Part shown: positions 15,624 through 22,593 of the stretch, in pieces
Numbering within the stretch: the stretch's first letter is position 1
How the letters are laid out: every line of letters begins with the position of its first letter
Virus record (IMG/VR): IMGVR_UViG_3300037421_000071
From: a virus
DNA length: 43,846 nt
Direction: 5' to 3' (one strand)
Notes under the pieces: model-generated
The model's input: the letters and a program-made list of their open reading frames with translations, nothing else
Databases searched by the model: none
Told to the model about the DNA's origin: nothing
Program-made: the position numbers and the translations under genes

Positions 15624-16095
15624 CGCTGAAGCCAAATACGAATATGACCCCGCTACCGGGCATTTCTGGTGGCGCCAAATTCCTAGAAGAGGTAAAGCCA
15701 AAGCCGGAATGCCAGCGGGCTGGATCTGCAAGCTGGGTTATCGGCTTTTGAAGGTTAACAGCCGATCTTATTACGCCCATCGGATCGCATGGCTACTAAC
15801 CTACGGATCTTTCCCCGCCATGCTCGACCATAAAAATTGCATCAAAGACGATAATAGAATTTCCAATCTAAGGCTTGCCTCCGCCGCCCAGAATTCAGCG
15901 AATCGGTCCAAACAATCCAACAATACGAGCGGTCTTAGGGGCGTCCTCTTGTACAAGAGGACCGGTAAATGGATGGCATCCATAAAGTACAACCGGAAGC
16001 AATATCACCTCGGATTCTTCACTTCGAGGGAAGAAGCATATGCGGTCTACTGCAAAAGGGCACGAGAAGTCTTCGGGGAGTATTGGCGTGAATAA
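15565..16095 (+). CDS. HNH (HNH_3) + AP2-domain homing endonuclease
   Basis: YAHRIAWLLTYGSFPAMLDHKNCIKDDNRISNLRLASAAQN is an HNH_3 motif, and SGLRGVLLYKRTGKWMASIKYNRKQYHLGFFTSREEAYAVY is an AP2 domain. GC is visibly lower than in the flanks. The start is uncertain, and the ORF overlaps the upstream gene. Confidence 0.75.
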   Translation: MTSKNSQDPGQFPPSTLRADAEAKYEYDPATGHFWWRQIPRRGKAKAGMPAGWICKLGYRLLKVNSRSYYAHRIAWLLTYGSFPAMLDHKNCIKDDNRISNLRLASAAQNSANRSKQSNNTSGLRGVLLYKRTGKWMASIKYNRKQYHLGFFTSREEAYAVYCKRAREVFGEYWRE

Positions 16096-16235
16096 AAAAG
16101 TCAGGTATCGCTGGTCCTGGGCTGAGTCCTGCTGGGTTCTGCACCCTGACGAATCCCCGGCCCTATTTGCGCTGAGGCTACGCTGATGGCCGAGCAGCAG
16201 ACCACTGAACTCCAGCTAATTGCACGGGTGAAACA

Positions 16236-17042
16236 ATGCTAGCTTTCCACAACGATCCGGCCATCAAAGAGAAGTACCTCAACCGCGTGCGTCTGCACGA
16301 AGCTCAGGACGAAATTATTCACGGCAAGTATTGGGAGCGTGGCAAAGGGTGCGCGGTTGGTTGCACTGTCCACAGCTCGTCTCATAAAGCGTTCGAGACC
16401 GAGCTCGGCATCCCAATCATGCTGGCGCGGCTTGAGGATCGATTATTTGAAGGGATGGCGAACGGCAACTCCAAGCAATTCCCGGCTCGCTTCCTGAATG
16501 CCATTACGCCAGGCTCCGACCTATCGCGCGTGGGCTGGCAATTTCTCTATTGGCTCCTCACGGAAGACCTCGCGAGCCGCGACGATCCGCGCGTTTCTAA
16601 GGAGATCAAAGCCTGCGCGGATGTGCTGATCCCACTCACAAAGGGTGAGCCATGTGATCGCAACGCCGCAGATCTGGCGCGGCGAGCCGCTTTAGAGGCT
16701 CGGTCTAAGGCGTGGACCGCCGACGCCGCCGCCTACGCCGCCTACGCCGCCGTCAACGCCGACGCCGCCGCCAACGCCGTCAACGCCGACGCCGCCGCCA
16801 ACGCCGCCAACGCCGCCAACGCCGCCTACGCCGCCGTCAACGCCGCCTACGCCGCTGCCGCCTACGCCGCCGACGCCGCCGACGCCGCCGCCTACGCCGC
16901 CGCCGACGCCGTCAACGCCGCCGACGCCGCCGCCTACGCCGCCGCCGCTCGGCGCAAGTGCTATGAGCGAATGGCGGAGAAGCTTCTGCAGTTCATGGCC
17001 GATGCGCCAGTCGTGCCGTTCTGCGCGGGGATTGCGGCATGA
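16236..17042 (+). CDS. protein with globular N-domain and ~75-residue alanine-rich A-A-(Y/N/D/V) repeat tract
   Basis: 268-aa ORF. The C-terminal third reads ADAAAYAAYAAVNADAAANAVNADAAANAANAANAAYAAVNAAYAAAAYAADAADAAAYAAADAVNAADAAAYAAAA. Confidence 0.6.
   Translation: MLAFHNDPAIKEKYLNRVRLHEAQDEIIHGKYWERGKGCAVGCTVHSSSHKAFETELGIPIMLARLEDRLFEGMANGNSKQFPARFLNAITPGSDLSRVGWQFLYWLLTEDLASRDDPRVSKEIKACADVLIPLTKGEPCDRNAADLARRAALEARSKAWTADAAAYAAYAAVNADAAANAVNADAAANAANAANAAYAAVNAAYAAAAYAADAADAAAYAAADAVNAADAAAYAAAARRKCYERMAEKLLQFMADAPVVPFCAGIAA
16718..16947 (+). repeat. in-frame GC-rich tandem repeat tract (3/9/27-nt periodicities)
   Basis: Built from gcc-gcc-tac / gcc-gac / gcc-aac units. It includes an exact 27-nt tandem duplication gccgtcaacgccgacgccgccgccaac at 16749-16775 and 16776-16802. 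Confidence 0.85.
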
Positions 17043-17350
17043 ATGAGCCGAAGACTGCAGATCAGAAGCTCAAGCGATTTGATCCGCCACCCGGCGACCA
17101 TACCGGCATGGACGAACACCCCGAGGGTGGCTTTGTGCACTTCGAGGATTACGACGAATTGCTGGCTGAGGTCGTGTGGTTACGCGCGGTCGCTGTGGCT
17201 GCGAAGGCGCTGGTGAATGAACCGACTGGCAGATATTACTACGAGGACGACCTTTGCGCGTTTCCTGAGCCGCTAGTGACAGCCCTTGAGACCGCTTTGG
17301 CAGCGGCAGGCTACGACATGACCGACGAAGAATTCGAGGCCGCGTTATGA
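17039..17350 (+). CDS. hypothetical acidic protein
   Basis: 103-aa ORF with 4-nt overlaps at both ends. Confidence 0.5.
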   Translation: MNEPKTADQKLKRFDPPPGDHTGMDEHPEGGFVHFEDYDELLAEVVWLRAVAVAAKALVNEPTGRYYYEDDLCAFPEPLVTALETALAAAGYDMTDEEFEAAL

Positions 17351-17586
17351 GCGACCACAAGACTATCGATCCGAAGCGCGGTACTTACTCGCAAGTACCG
17401 CCGGAATGTAGCACTGGCAAACAACGACTGGCGCGCGCTATGAACGCGATATGGAAGTTGTGGCACGAGGGCGTGCCTGACGGGAAATGTCTGTTTCACC
17501 AAACAGGCCCATGTTTCCACCCTTGCTGTATGCAGGCGGAAGGCAGGAGGCTTGAGTGTTTCGGAATGGGTCTGACGGATGAGTGA
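17347..17586 (+). CDS. hypothetical Cys-rich protein
   Basis: 79-aa ORF with an ATGA overlap upstream. Contains CLFHQTGPCFHPCC. Confidence 0.45.
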   Translation: MSDHKTIDPKRGTYSQVPPECSTGKQRLARAMNAIWKLWHEGVPDGKCLFHQTGPCFHPCCMQAEGRRLECFGMGLTDE

Positions 17587-17610
17587 CCCTCGTTCATCGG
17601 ATGAGCGTGC

Positions 17611-18180
17611 ATGACATGGACCGAGGGCAGAATCGGTCGCATTCTGGCGCGTCACACGTTCAAATCGGATCTGTGCGTGCTGCCCAACTGTACGTGGACA
17701 GGCGACGAGATAGACCTGCTCGTGGTGACGCGCGACCTGCGCATAATCGATGTCGAAATCAAGGTCAGCCGGGCCGATCTCAAACAGGACCGCGACAAGA
17801 GCAAGTGGTGGCACCAGCCTTGGGGCGATTGGGTGGACGGCAAATGGGTGCAGCCGGCGAAGATTGCCAAGCCGTGGCCGCGCAAGGTGTGGAAGCACTA
17901 CTACGCCATGCCGGCGGCTCTATGGACCGATGCCCTGCTCGATTTCATACAGCCGGTGAGTGGTGTTCTACTGGTGGACGAAACGCATCGCGGAACACCG
18001 ACCATCGAGTGCGTGAAGCGCGCCAAGCCGTGCCGCGACGTGTCGATCCTTACCGCAGAGCAAGTCGTGCATATTGCTAGGCTCGCCAGCCTGCGCATGT
18101 GGGACGCCTACCGCGATTTAGAGCGGCGTGAACGTGACGAAGCCAAGACCGCTGCCATTCCGAAGGAGCACGTCGCATGA
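17611..18180 (+). CDS. PD-(D/E)XK nuclease (MmcB-like)
   Basis: GDEIDLLVVTRDLRIIDVEIKVSRADLKQDRDKSKWW carries the D...(D/E)-x-K core followed by a K-W segment, as in MmcB-type proteins. Confidence 0.55.
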   Translation: MTWTEGRIGRILARHTFKSDLCVLPNCTWTGDEIDLLVVTRDLRIIDVEIKVSRADLKQDRDKSKWWHQPWGDWVDGKWVQPAKIAKPWPRKVWKHYYAMPAALWTDALLDFIQPVSGVLLVDETHRGTPTIECVKRAKPCRDVSILTAEQVVHIARLASLRMWDAYRDLERRERDEAKTAAIPKEHVA

Positions 18181-18629
18181 CCGAGCCGCTGTCCTCAAAT
18201 CAGCGCGCCGCTTTTGTGCACAACCTGCGTTCTATCGCTATTGATCTGCGCGCCGAAGGCAGGGAGATAGACGCTGCCTGTGCTGACGGCGGAGCCGACG
18301 AGATCGAGCGGCTGACGTGCGAGCGGGATGAGTATAAAAAGGCGCTTTCGACCGCCCAGTCTGGCGGGCTGAGGCTTTGTGCTGAATACGAGCGGCTGCG
18401 CGCGGCGTTGCGGAAGATCAGGGAGAACTACACCGCTCTAGATGAGTACGACGTGTGCAACATCGTCAATGACGCTATAGCACCGGACGAGACGACGGCG
18501 AGTCCGCTGAGCATTCCGCCGGGGGTCGAGCCTGTAAACATTCAAGCTACCGGCGGTGCATGCCCCTTCTGCGGAGAGAGTTATTTCACCAGCTCTAGGC
18601 CGCACGGTCCGAACGTGTGCAACAAGTGA
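18177..18629 (+). CDS. hypothetical protein with C-terminal CxxC
   Basis: 150-aa ORF with an ATGA overlap upstream. Central coiled coil, and C-terminal GGACPFCGESYF. Confidence 0.5.
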   Translation: MTEPLSSNQRAAFVHNLRSIAIDLRAEGREIDAACADGGADEIERLTCERDEYKKALSTAQSGGLRLCAEYERLRAALRKIRENYTALDEYDVCNIVNDAIAPDETTASPLSIPPGVEPVNIQATGGACPFCGESYFTSSRPHGPNVCNK

Positions 18630-18645
18630 ACGGGGAAGCGCCTCA

Positions 18646-18927
18646 ATGAACGAATCCAAGCGCCTTGTAGCGCACGCGGGCCGCATCCTACGTGAGTACA
18701 GCGCCCACTCCGAAGGCACCGCAGCGCTCGCCGTAGCGGCTTCAGCATTCGTTTCTCTGGCAAGGCGTGAGCCCGCGGACAAGAGCGAGAGCGTTGATGA
18801 TCGGATAGCGCGGATTATGCGAGAGGCTGCGGACTTGATCTGTCCGGTGTGCCCGCACTGCGGACAGGAGTTGATACAACCGGAGAGCGAGAAACCAATC
18901 GCCCGGCCATGGATCAGGAAAGCGTAG
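18646..18927 (+). CDS. hypothetical protein with CPVCPHC zinc-ribbon-like motif
   Basis: Called from ATG 18646 (MNESKRLVAHAG...), 93 aa. Confidence 0.45.
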   Translation: MNESKRLVAHAGRILREYSAHSEGTAALAVAASAFVSLARREPADKSESVDDRIARIMREAADLICPVCPHCGQELIQPESEKPIARPWIRKA

Positions 18928-18978
18928 AGAATACGACCGCCCCACCCGACCCGCTCTAACCGTGGGAGATAGTCGATC

Positions 18979-19350
18979 ATGATGCGTTGTCCGATGGACT
19001 GGGAGATCTATCGTCGTCCCTCGCCTTGGGATAGCAGCGAACTGGGCGACCGGTTCAATGGTCACCTGCGAATCCCCAAGCGCCAGATGGTGATCATCTT
19101 CTCGAATGGCGAAGGCTGGGAGCACGTCTCTGTCAGCGTCAAGGATCGCTGCCCGACGTGGGACGAGATGGAAGAGGTCAAGCGCCGGTTCTGGCAGGAC
19201 ACCGATACTGTGATGCAGTTGCATGTGCCGGTGAGTGATCACCGCAACTGCCATCCCTATTGCCTGCACCTGTGGCGTCCCACTGATTGCGAGATTCCAC
19301 GGCCGCCCGGTATCTTTGTGGCGCCTGATCCACCTCAGTCGCACGTTTAA
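18979..19350 (+). CDS. conserved phage protein (WEHVSVS...LHLW type)
   Basis: 123 aa. GEGWEHVSVSVKDRCPTWDEMEEVKRRFW...VMQLHVP...HPYCLHLW is a motif set I recognise from many phage and prophage hypothetical proteins. Function is unknown. Confidence 0.55.
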   Translation: MMRCPMDWEIYRRPSPWDSSELGDRFNGHLRIPKRQMVIIFSNGEGWEHVSVSVKDRCPTWDEMEEVKRRFWQDTDTVMQLHVPVSDHRNCHPYCLHLWRPTDCEIPRPPGIFVAPDPPQSHV

Positions 19351-19358
19351 CTCATCCT

Positions 19359-19493
19359 ATGGCCAAGTTGATCTGCAAACTATTTGGTCATCGTTTTACG
19401 CTTGATAATAAGCGCGTTGGCGGATACTTGGTCTTCAGGCTACGTTGCGTACGCTGTGGAGAGTGTGATCCCTACCCAGAAACCCCAGGTTAG
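19359..19493 (+). CDS. 44-aa zinc-ribbon micro-ORF (DUF1660-like, tentative)
   Basis: Hand translation gives MAKLICKLFGHRFTLDNKRVGGYLVFRLRCVRCGECDPYPETPG. The N-terminal C..FGH plus CxxC resembles small prophage proteins. Confidence 0.4.
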   Translation: MAKLICKLFGHRFTLDNKRVGGYLVFRLRCVRCGECDPYPETPG

Positions 19494-19662
19494 CCGCCTA
19501 GACTTTTTCAGCGAACTTACAGCGTCCCTTATGCCCTGACTCGAGCAGACACCGAAAGACGCGCGGCTTCTGTGTGCGACCGCGCGTCAGCTTGACGGTC
19601 TTCGGACACTTCACCTGAATTGCATCACATACACCATAATTATCTGGCATAATTCACGGTAA

Positions 19663-20175
19663 ATGCGACCGAAACAATTTGAATTGGGAACTGTCTTCGG
19701 GTCTTTAACGCTCATCAGGCTATTACCATCAGTAAACGGACGAAGGTTCGCTGAATATCAGTGTGTTTGCGGTGTAAAAAAGGCAATAAATTTCCAAAAT
19801 GTCTACCGAGGTTTATCTACCTCATGCGGTTGCCAAAAACCCGTGATCAACGGAGACATCCATAGAACTCATGGGCTCTCCCGCACAACCGAATATCGAA
19901 TCTGGTCTTTAATGATTCAACGCTGCGAAAACCAGAAGAATCCAGCCTATGACAGGTATGGAGGCCGAGGCATTAAAGTCTGCGTTGCGTGGCACAGATT
20001 TGAGACGTTCTTAGCAGACATGGGTGAGCGTCCCAAAGGCAAATCTATAGACCGAATTAACAACGATAGTGATTACGAGCCAACCAACTGTCGTTGGGCT
20101 ACTGCGTTTGAACAAGTCCACAATCGCCGTCAACGGAAATTAAGACGCACCCCGCCGCCAGCTATGAAGTTGTAG
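19663..20175 (+). CDS. HNH-type endonuclease-like protein (free-standing, low GC)
   Basis: 170 aa. CVCG...CGC zinc motif, TEYRIWSLMIQRC, YGGRGIKVC, and IDRINNDSDYEPTNCRWATAFEQVHN (HNH-like tail). It is markedly AT-richer than the rest of the genome and is preceded by a 170-nt gap. Confidence 0.6.
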   Translation: MRPKQFELGTVFGSLTLIRLLPSVNGRRFAEYQCVCGVKKAINFQNVYRGLSTSCGCQKPVINGDIHRTHGLSRTTEYRIWSLMIQRCENQKNPAYDRYGGRGIKVCVAWHRFETFLADMGERPKGKSIDRINNDSDYEPTNCRWATAFEQVHNRRQRKLRRTPPPAMKL

Positions 20176-20315
20176 ATCAACACCAGCGCCACAAGCCCGA
20201 GAATAACCAACACCACGGTCTTGATCGGTTCTGGGATCGCCAGACGCTGTACGCCCCACCACACTAATGCGAAGGCCGCGAGTATGATGAAGATCAGGAC
20301 GACGGTCATTAACAC
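20130..20315 (-). CDS. small two-TM membrane protein
   Basis: 61 aa with two hydrophobic helices (VVLIFIILAAFALVWW and VVLVILGLVALVLIY). It is the last gene of the leftward arm, and its 3' end overlaps the convergent HNH-like gene by 46 nt. Confidence 0.5.
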   Translation of the reverse strand: MLMTVVLIFIILAAFALVWWGVQRLAIPEPIKTVVLVILGLVALVLIYNFIAGGGVRLNFR

Positions 20316-20328
20316 TGGACACCTCCAA

Positions 20329-20802
20329 TCATTGCAAACGTATTGACACTAGCGCTGCGTTGCGACCCTTGTTAATTGGGGTCGTTCCTAAATCCGAGAG
20401 ATGACAGTAATCGAACGATCTCAGCCGCCCCCAGTCAAAGAGGTAAGCGAGGCCCAGGTAGTAATTGGTATGGCTGCCGTTCACTCGGTCGACGTTCTGC
20501 AGGTAACTCGCACCGAGACTCGCACAGACTTCCCAACGGCAGGTACGGATTCCGGCGTGCCAGTCCCACGTCGTAGCGACTATCGAGGTCTTCCCCCAGA
20601 TGTTAGTGCCCGCAAAGACATCCACGCGATTGCCGATGGGCTGGTAGATTTGAAGGCCGAGTACGGGCCCCGTTCTCCCGGGCCCGAATGAAGCGCCGCC
20701 GTCTAGATCGAACTCAGCTCCCTTCGCCACCGAGCAGCGCCACAACAGCGCCACCAGAATCACGATGAAGAGGCCGACCAGCGCGAAGGTCTTGACGTTC
20801 AC
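20329..20802 (-). CDS. PagL-like outer-membrane lipid A deacylase (acyloxyacyl hydrolase family, putative)
   Basis: Called from GTG 20802, which forms GTGA with the i-spanin stop. It has a signal-peptide-like N-terminus (NVKTFALVGLFIVILVALLWRCSVAKG). The body has alternating beta-barrel-like sequence. The C-terminus FDYCHLSDLGTTPINKGRNAALVSIRLQ parallels the PagL active-site block H-x-S-N-x-G-x4-N-x-G. Confidence 0.55.
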   Translation of the reverse strand: MNVKTFALVGLFIVILVALLWRCSVAKGAEFDLDGGASFGPGRTGPVLGLQIYQPIGNRVDVFAGTNIWGKTSIVATTWDWHAGIRTCRWEVCASLGASYLQNVDRVNGSHTNYYLGLAYLFDWGRLRSFDYCHLSDLGTTPINKGRNAALVSIRLQ

Positions 20803-21227
20803 GGCTCCTTGAGTTCCTTGAGACACGCCCTGTAGAGGGCGCTCACGTAGTCGGCAGAGAGGGCAATTCCTTGCAAGCCTGGTCCCAAGTCAGGCCCGCT
20901 TCCAGGCCCGCCAGGCACTTCTCGAACGCTCCCTCCGGGGGTGCTGGGTGCTGTAGGAGCTCCGGGCTTACCTGTCGGGGCTGACACTGGACGGGTGTAG
21001 CACTGCACCCTTGGAGGGTAAGCAGGAGCAATGCCCCGCAGACGGTTGATTTCAGCAGTGAGTGCATCGGTGGTTTCCTGTGCGATCTTCACATCGGCGA
21101 TCGCTTGTTTCTCCGCTGCCGCCTTTTCGCGGGCAAGACAGTTCGCCTCACCCTTGTTGTAGATCCAGATCCCCACCCCGATCACGAGGGCGAGAATGGC
21201 AAGATACATGACATCCTTAAGCGGCAT
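20799..21227 (-). CDS. i-spanin (Rz-like)
   Basis: 142 aa with an N-terminal TM helix (VMYLAILALVIGVGIWIY), a coiled coil, and a Pro/Gly-rich periplasmic part. It contains an embedded lipoprotein ORF in another frame. Confidence 0.7.
   Translation of the reverse strand: MPLKDVMYLAILALVIGVGIWIYNKGEANCLAREKAAAEKQAIADVKIAQETTDALTAEINRLRGIAPAYPPRVQCYTRPVSAPTGKPGAPTAPSTPGGSVREVPGGPGSGPDLGPGLQGIALSADYVSALYRACLKELKEP
20843..21067 (-). CDS. o-spanin (Rz1-like lipoprotein), fully embedded in the i-spanin gene
   Basis: 74 aa with an ATG start. The signal plus lipobox is GALLLLTLQG|C. The mature part is short, Pro-rich and has several Cys, which is the classic embedded Rz/Rz1 architecture. Confidence 0.65.
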   Translation of the reverse strand: MHSLLKSTVCGALLLLTLQGCSATPVQCQPRQVSPELLQHPAPPEGAFEKCLAGLEAGLTWDQACKELPSLPTT

Positions 21228-21534
21228 TGGGCGGCACCGGCTTGGTTCCTGTAACAGTCATGGCAGCATCGGCTTCAACGGACGGGACGCCGGCGGCAGC
21301 GAGTGCATTACTCGCGCCCTGACTGACTATGACATTGGTAGTGCGCGTGGCTTGTACTGCCCGCCAGATGATCCCGAGGGCTCCAGCGAGCCTTACTGCC
21401 GCATATCCTTTCTCACCGACTAACGCCACGACGGAATCACGGTAGCCGGTAAGATCCGCAAGTGCAGCGCTACCGAGCACGGTCGCAATACTCTTCTGAC
21501 CGTGCCGAAGCCACATCATGTGAAGCCAGTTCAT
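21217..21534 (-). CDS. putative holin / lysis-cassette membrane protein
   Basis: 105 aa lying between the small TM protein and the spanins. It has two weakly hydrophobic segments (SIATVLGSAALADL and AAVRLAGALGIIWRAV). The call rests mainly on position. Confidence 0.35.
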   Translation of the reverse strand: MNWLHMMWLRHGQKSIATVLGSAALADLTGYRDSVVALVGEKGYAAVRLAGALGIIWRAVQATRTTNVIVSQGASNALAAAGVPSVEADAAMTVTGTKPVPPNAA

Positions 21535-21650
21535 AACTTGGCTTTGAGTTTCGAGAGATCTGTCGCCAACGTCACACCGAACTTGTAGTAGAGATAGGCT
21601 CCCGCACCCATCCCGACAAGCACGCCTAAAATGAATGACACGATACTCAT
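21531..21650 (-). CDS. 39-aa single-TM protein (holin/antiholin candidate)
   Basis: Called from ATG 21650 (MSIVSFILGVLVGMGAGAYLYYKFGVTLATDLSKLKAKL). It forms ATGA with the endolysin stop. Confidence 0.45.
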   Translation of the reverse strand: MSIVSFILGVLVGMGAGAYLYYKFGVTLATDLSKLKAKL

Positions 21651-22093
21651 ACGTTCTCCTGTGGTAGTTCCCATACCCCAGATTCCATCATGTCCATCTC
21701 CAGCACCGCCCTCTGAGGCGTCTGCTTGGCCCAATCACTATCGAGCCCCGCCTGTGCAGCCCCCGCGAAATCCCGCGCCTGAAGCGCTGTCGTGAAGTTC
21801 GGCCAGTAAAGAGGGCTCTGGCCCATCTGGAAACACATGCTCACGCAAACCGCCTGGCGCACATCATTCATGTCCGGGTAATGCGGAAAGCCCTGCGCGA
21901 GTTGGCGCGCATGATCCATGTCCTGTTCCAAGAGTGAGTCCGCGAGTTCTTGCGTGATCGTGTGTCCAGTCCAGTCGACCGAGTTATTCAAGAGATGCCC
22001 CCAGCCGATAGTCCACAATCCCCGGGAATCTCTATAGGCTGTCAACCGGCAGCCCTCGAAGTGCTCGATCATGGCTTGGGCGAGATCGGTCAC
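21647..22093 (-). CDS. endolysin, GH24 (T4/lambda-type lysozyme)
   Basis: Called from GTG 22093, which forms GTGA with the upstream stop, giving 148 aa. IEHFEGCRLTAYRDSRGLWTIGWGH carries the E-D-T catalytic pattern of GH24 lysozymes. Confidence 0.85.
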   Translation of the reverse strand: MTDLAQAMIEHFEGCRLTAYRDSRGLWTIGWGHLLNNSVDWTGHTITQELADSLLEQDMDHARQLAQGFPHYPDMNDVRQAVCVSMCFQMGQSPLYWPNFTTALQARDFAGAAQAGLDSDWAKQTPQRAVLEMDMMESGVWELPQENV

Positions 22094-22593
22094 TTCCCAC
22101 TCCAATGAGCGATGTAGAAGATCCCCATGATGATCGTCGCTCCGAGTGAGATCACTGCAATGATCGTTGCCCAGCTGTCTCTCGTACCTTCCTTCACGCC
22201 AGCGGTGATATCGCGACGTTGACTCACGCTGCTCTCGAGCTTGTCTACCGCTTCCTTCATCGTCCTGAGTGCCTGTTCGCACTCGGAGCGTGGCATAAGC
22301 AGACGCGACTGATCGTTGAGGCTCTGTCTGAACTCGTTCACCGCATCGAAGCGTTTCTCAGAGGCCGTCTCGGCCTTGATCACGGCGCGGTCTGCAGCTG
22401 TAAGCGCAGCTTCCACCGCACTCTTCTGAGCGAGGAACGCGGCTGTAAGTGCTTCCGACTGTGCGAGAAAGCGCTGTTGGTAGCGCAGATCATTCGCGGC
22501 GATGAGTTCGGTCGTCCGCTTATCATTCGATTCGACGAGCACGCGCAGCGTCCGCAGCGACCACTCATCTCCGTTTGGATCACGGTCGGCCAT
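22090..22593 (-). CDS. coiled-coil protein with C-terminal TM anchor (function unknown; coupled to endolysin)
   Basis: Called from ATG 22593 (TGATG overlap with the tailspike stop), 167 aa. A long helical region is followed by WATIIAVISLGATIIMGIFYIAHW at the C-terminus. Confidence 0.55.
   Translation of the reverse strand: MADRDPNGDEWSLRTLRVLVESNDKRTTELIAANDLRYQQRFLAQSEALTAAFLAQKSAVEAALTAADRAVIKAETASEKRFDAVNEFRQSLNDQSRLLMPRSECEQALRTMKEAVDKLESSVSQRRDITAGVKEGTRDSWATIIAVISLGATIIMGIFYIAHWSGK

Noticed and set aside
16718-16947. Possible CRISPR-like or minisatellite array
   Set aside because: The units are 3-27 nt with no unique spacers, they are in frame within a coding sequence, and no leader or cas genes are present. 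It is a coding tandem repeat, not a CRISPR array.
16712-16966. 84-aa poly-Arg ORF (RRRRLRRLRRRQRRRRRQ...) on the plus strand
   Set aside because: It is the +1 frame of the GCC-repeat tract inside the 16236..17042 gene. GCC-GCC read out of frame gives CGC/CGN (Arg) automatically. It has no independent start context and lies entirely within a better ORF.
17583-18080. 165-aa ORF in an alternative frame to 17611..18180
   Set aside because: Its product is Arg/Gly/Ala-rich without motifs. The overlapping frame encodes a clear PD-(D/E)XK motif and is chained to the next gene by an ATGA overlap.
19558-19588. Perfect 9-bp hairpin (gacgcgcgg / ccgcgcgtc) as an intrinsic terminator; likewise gcgccg-tctc-cggcgc at 6666..6681
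   Set aside because: Neither stem is followed by a U-tract on either strand, so a Rho-independent terminator call is not supported. They remain unexplained hairpins.
19351-19662. tRNA or other RNA gene in the two largest non-coding gaps (19494-19662 and 1609-1885)
   Set aside because: I could not fold a cloverleaf from either strand: there is no acceptor stem with a 7-bp pairing and no GTTCRANYC T-loop. Only simple hairpins are present.
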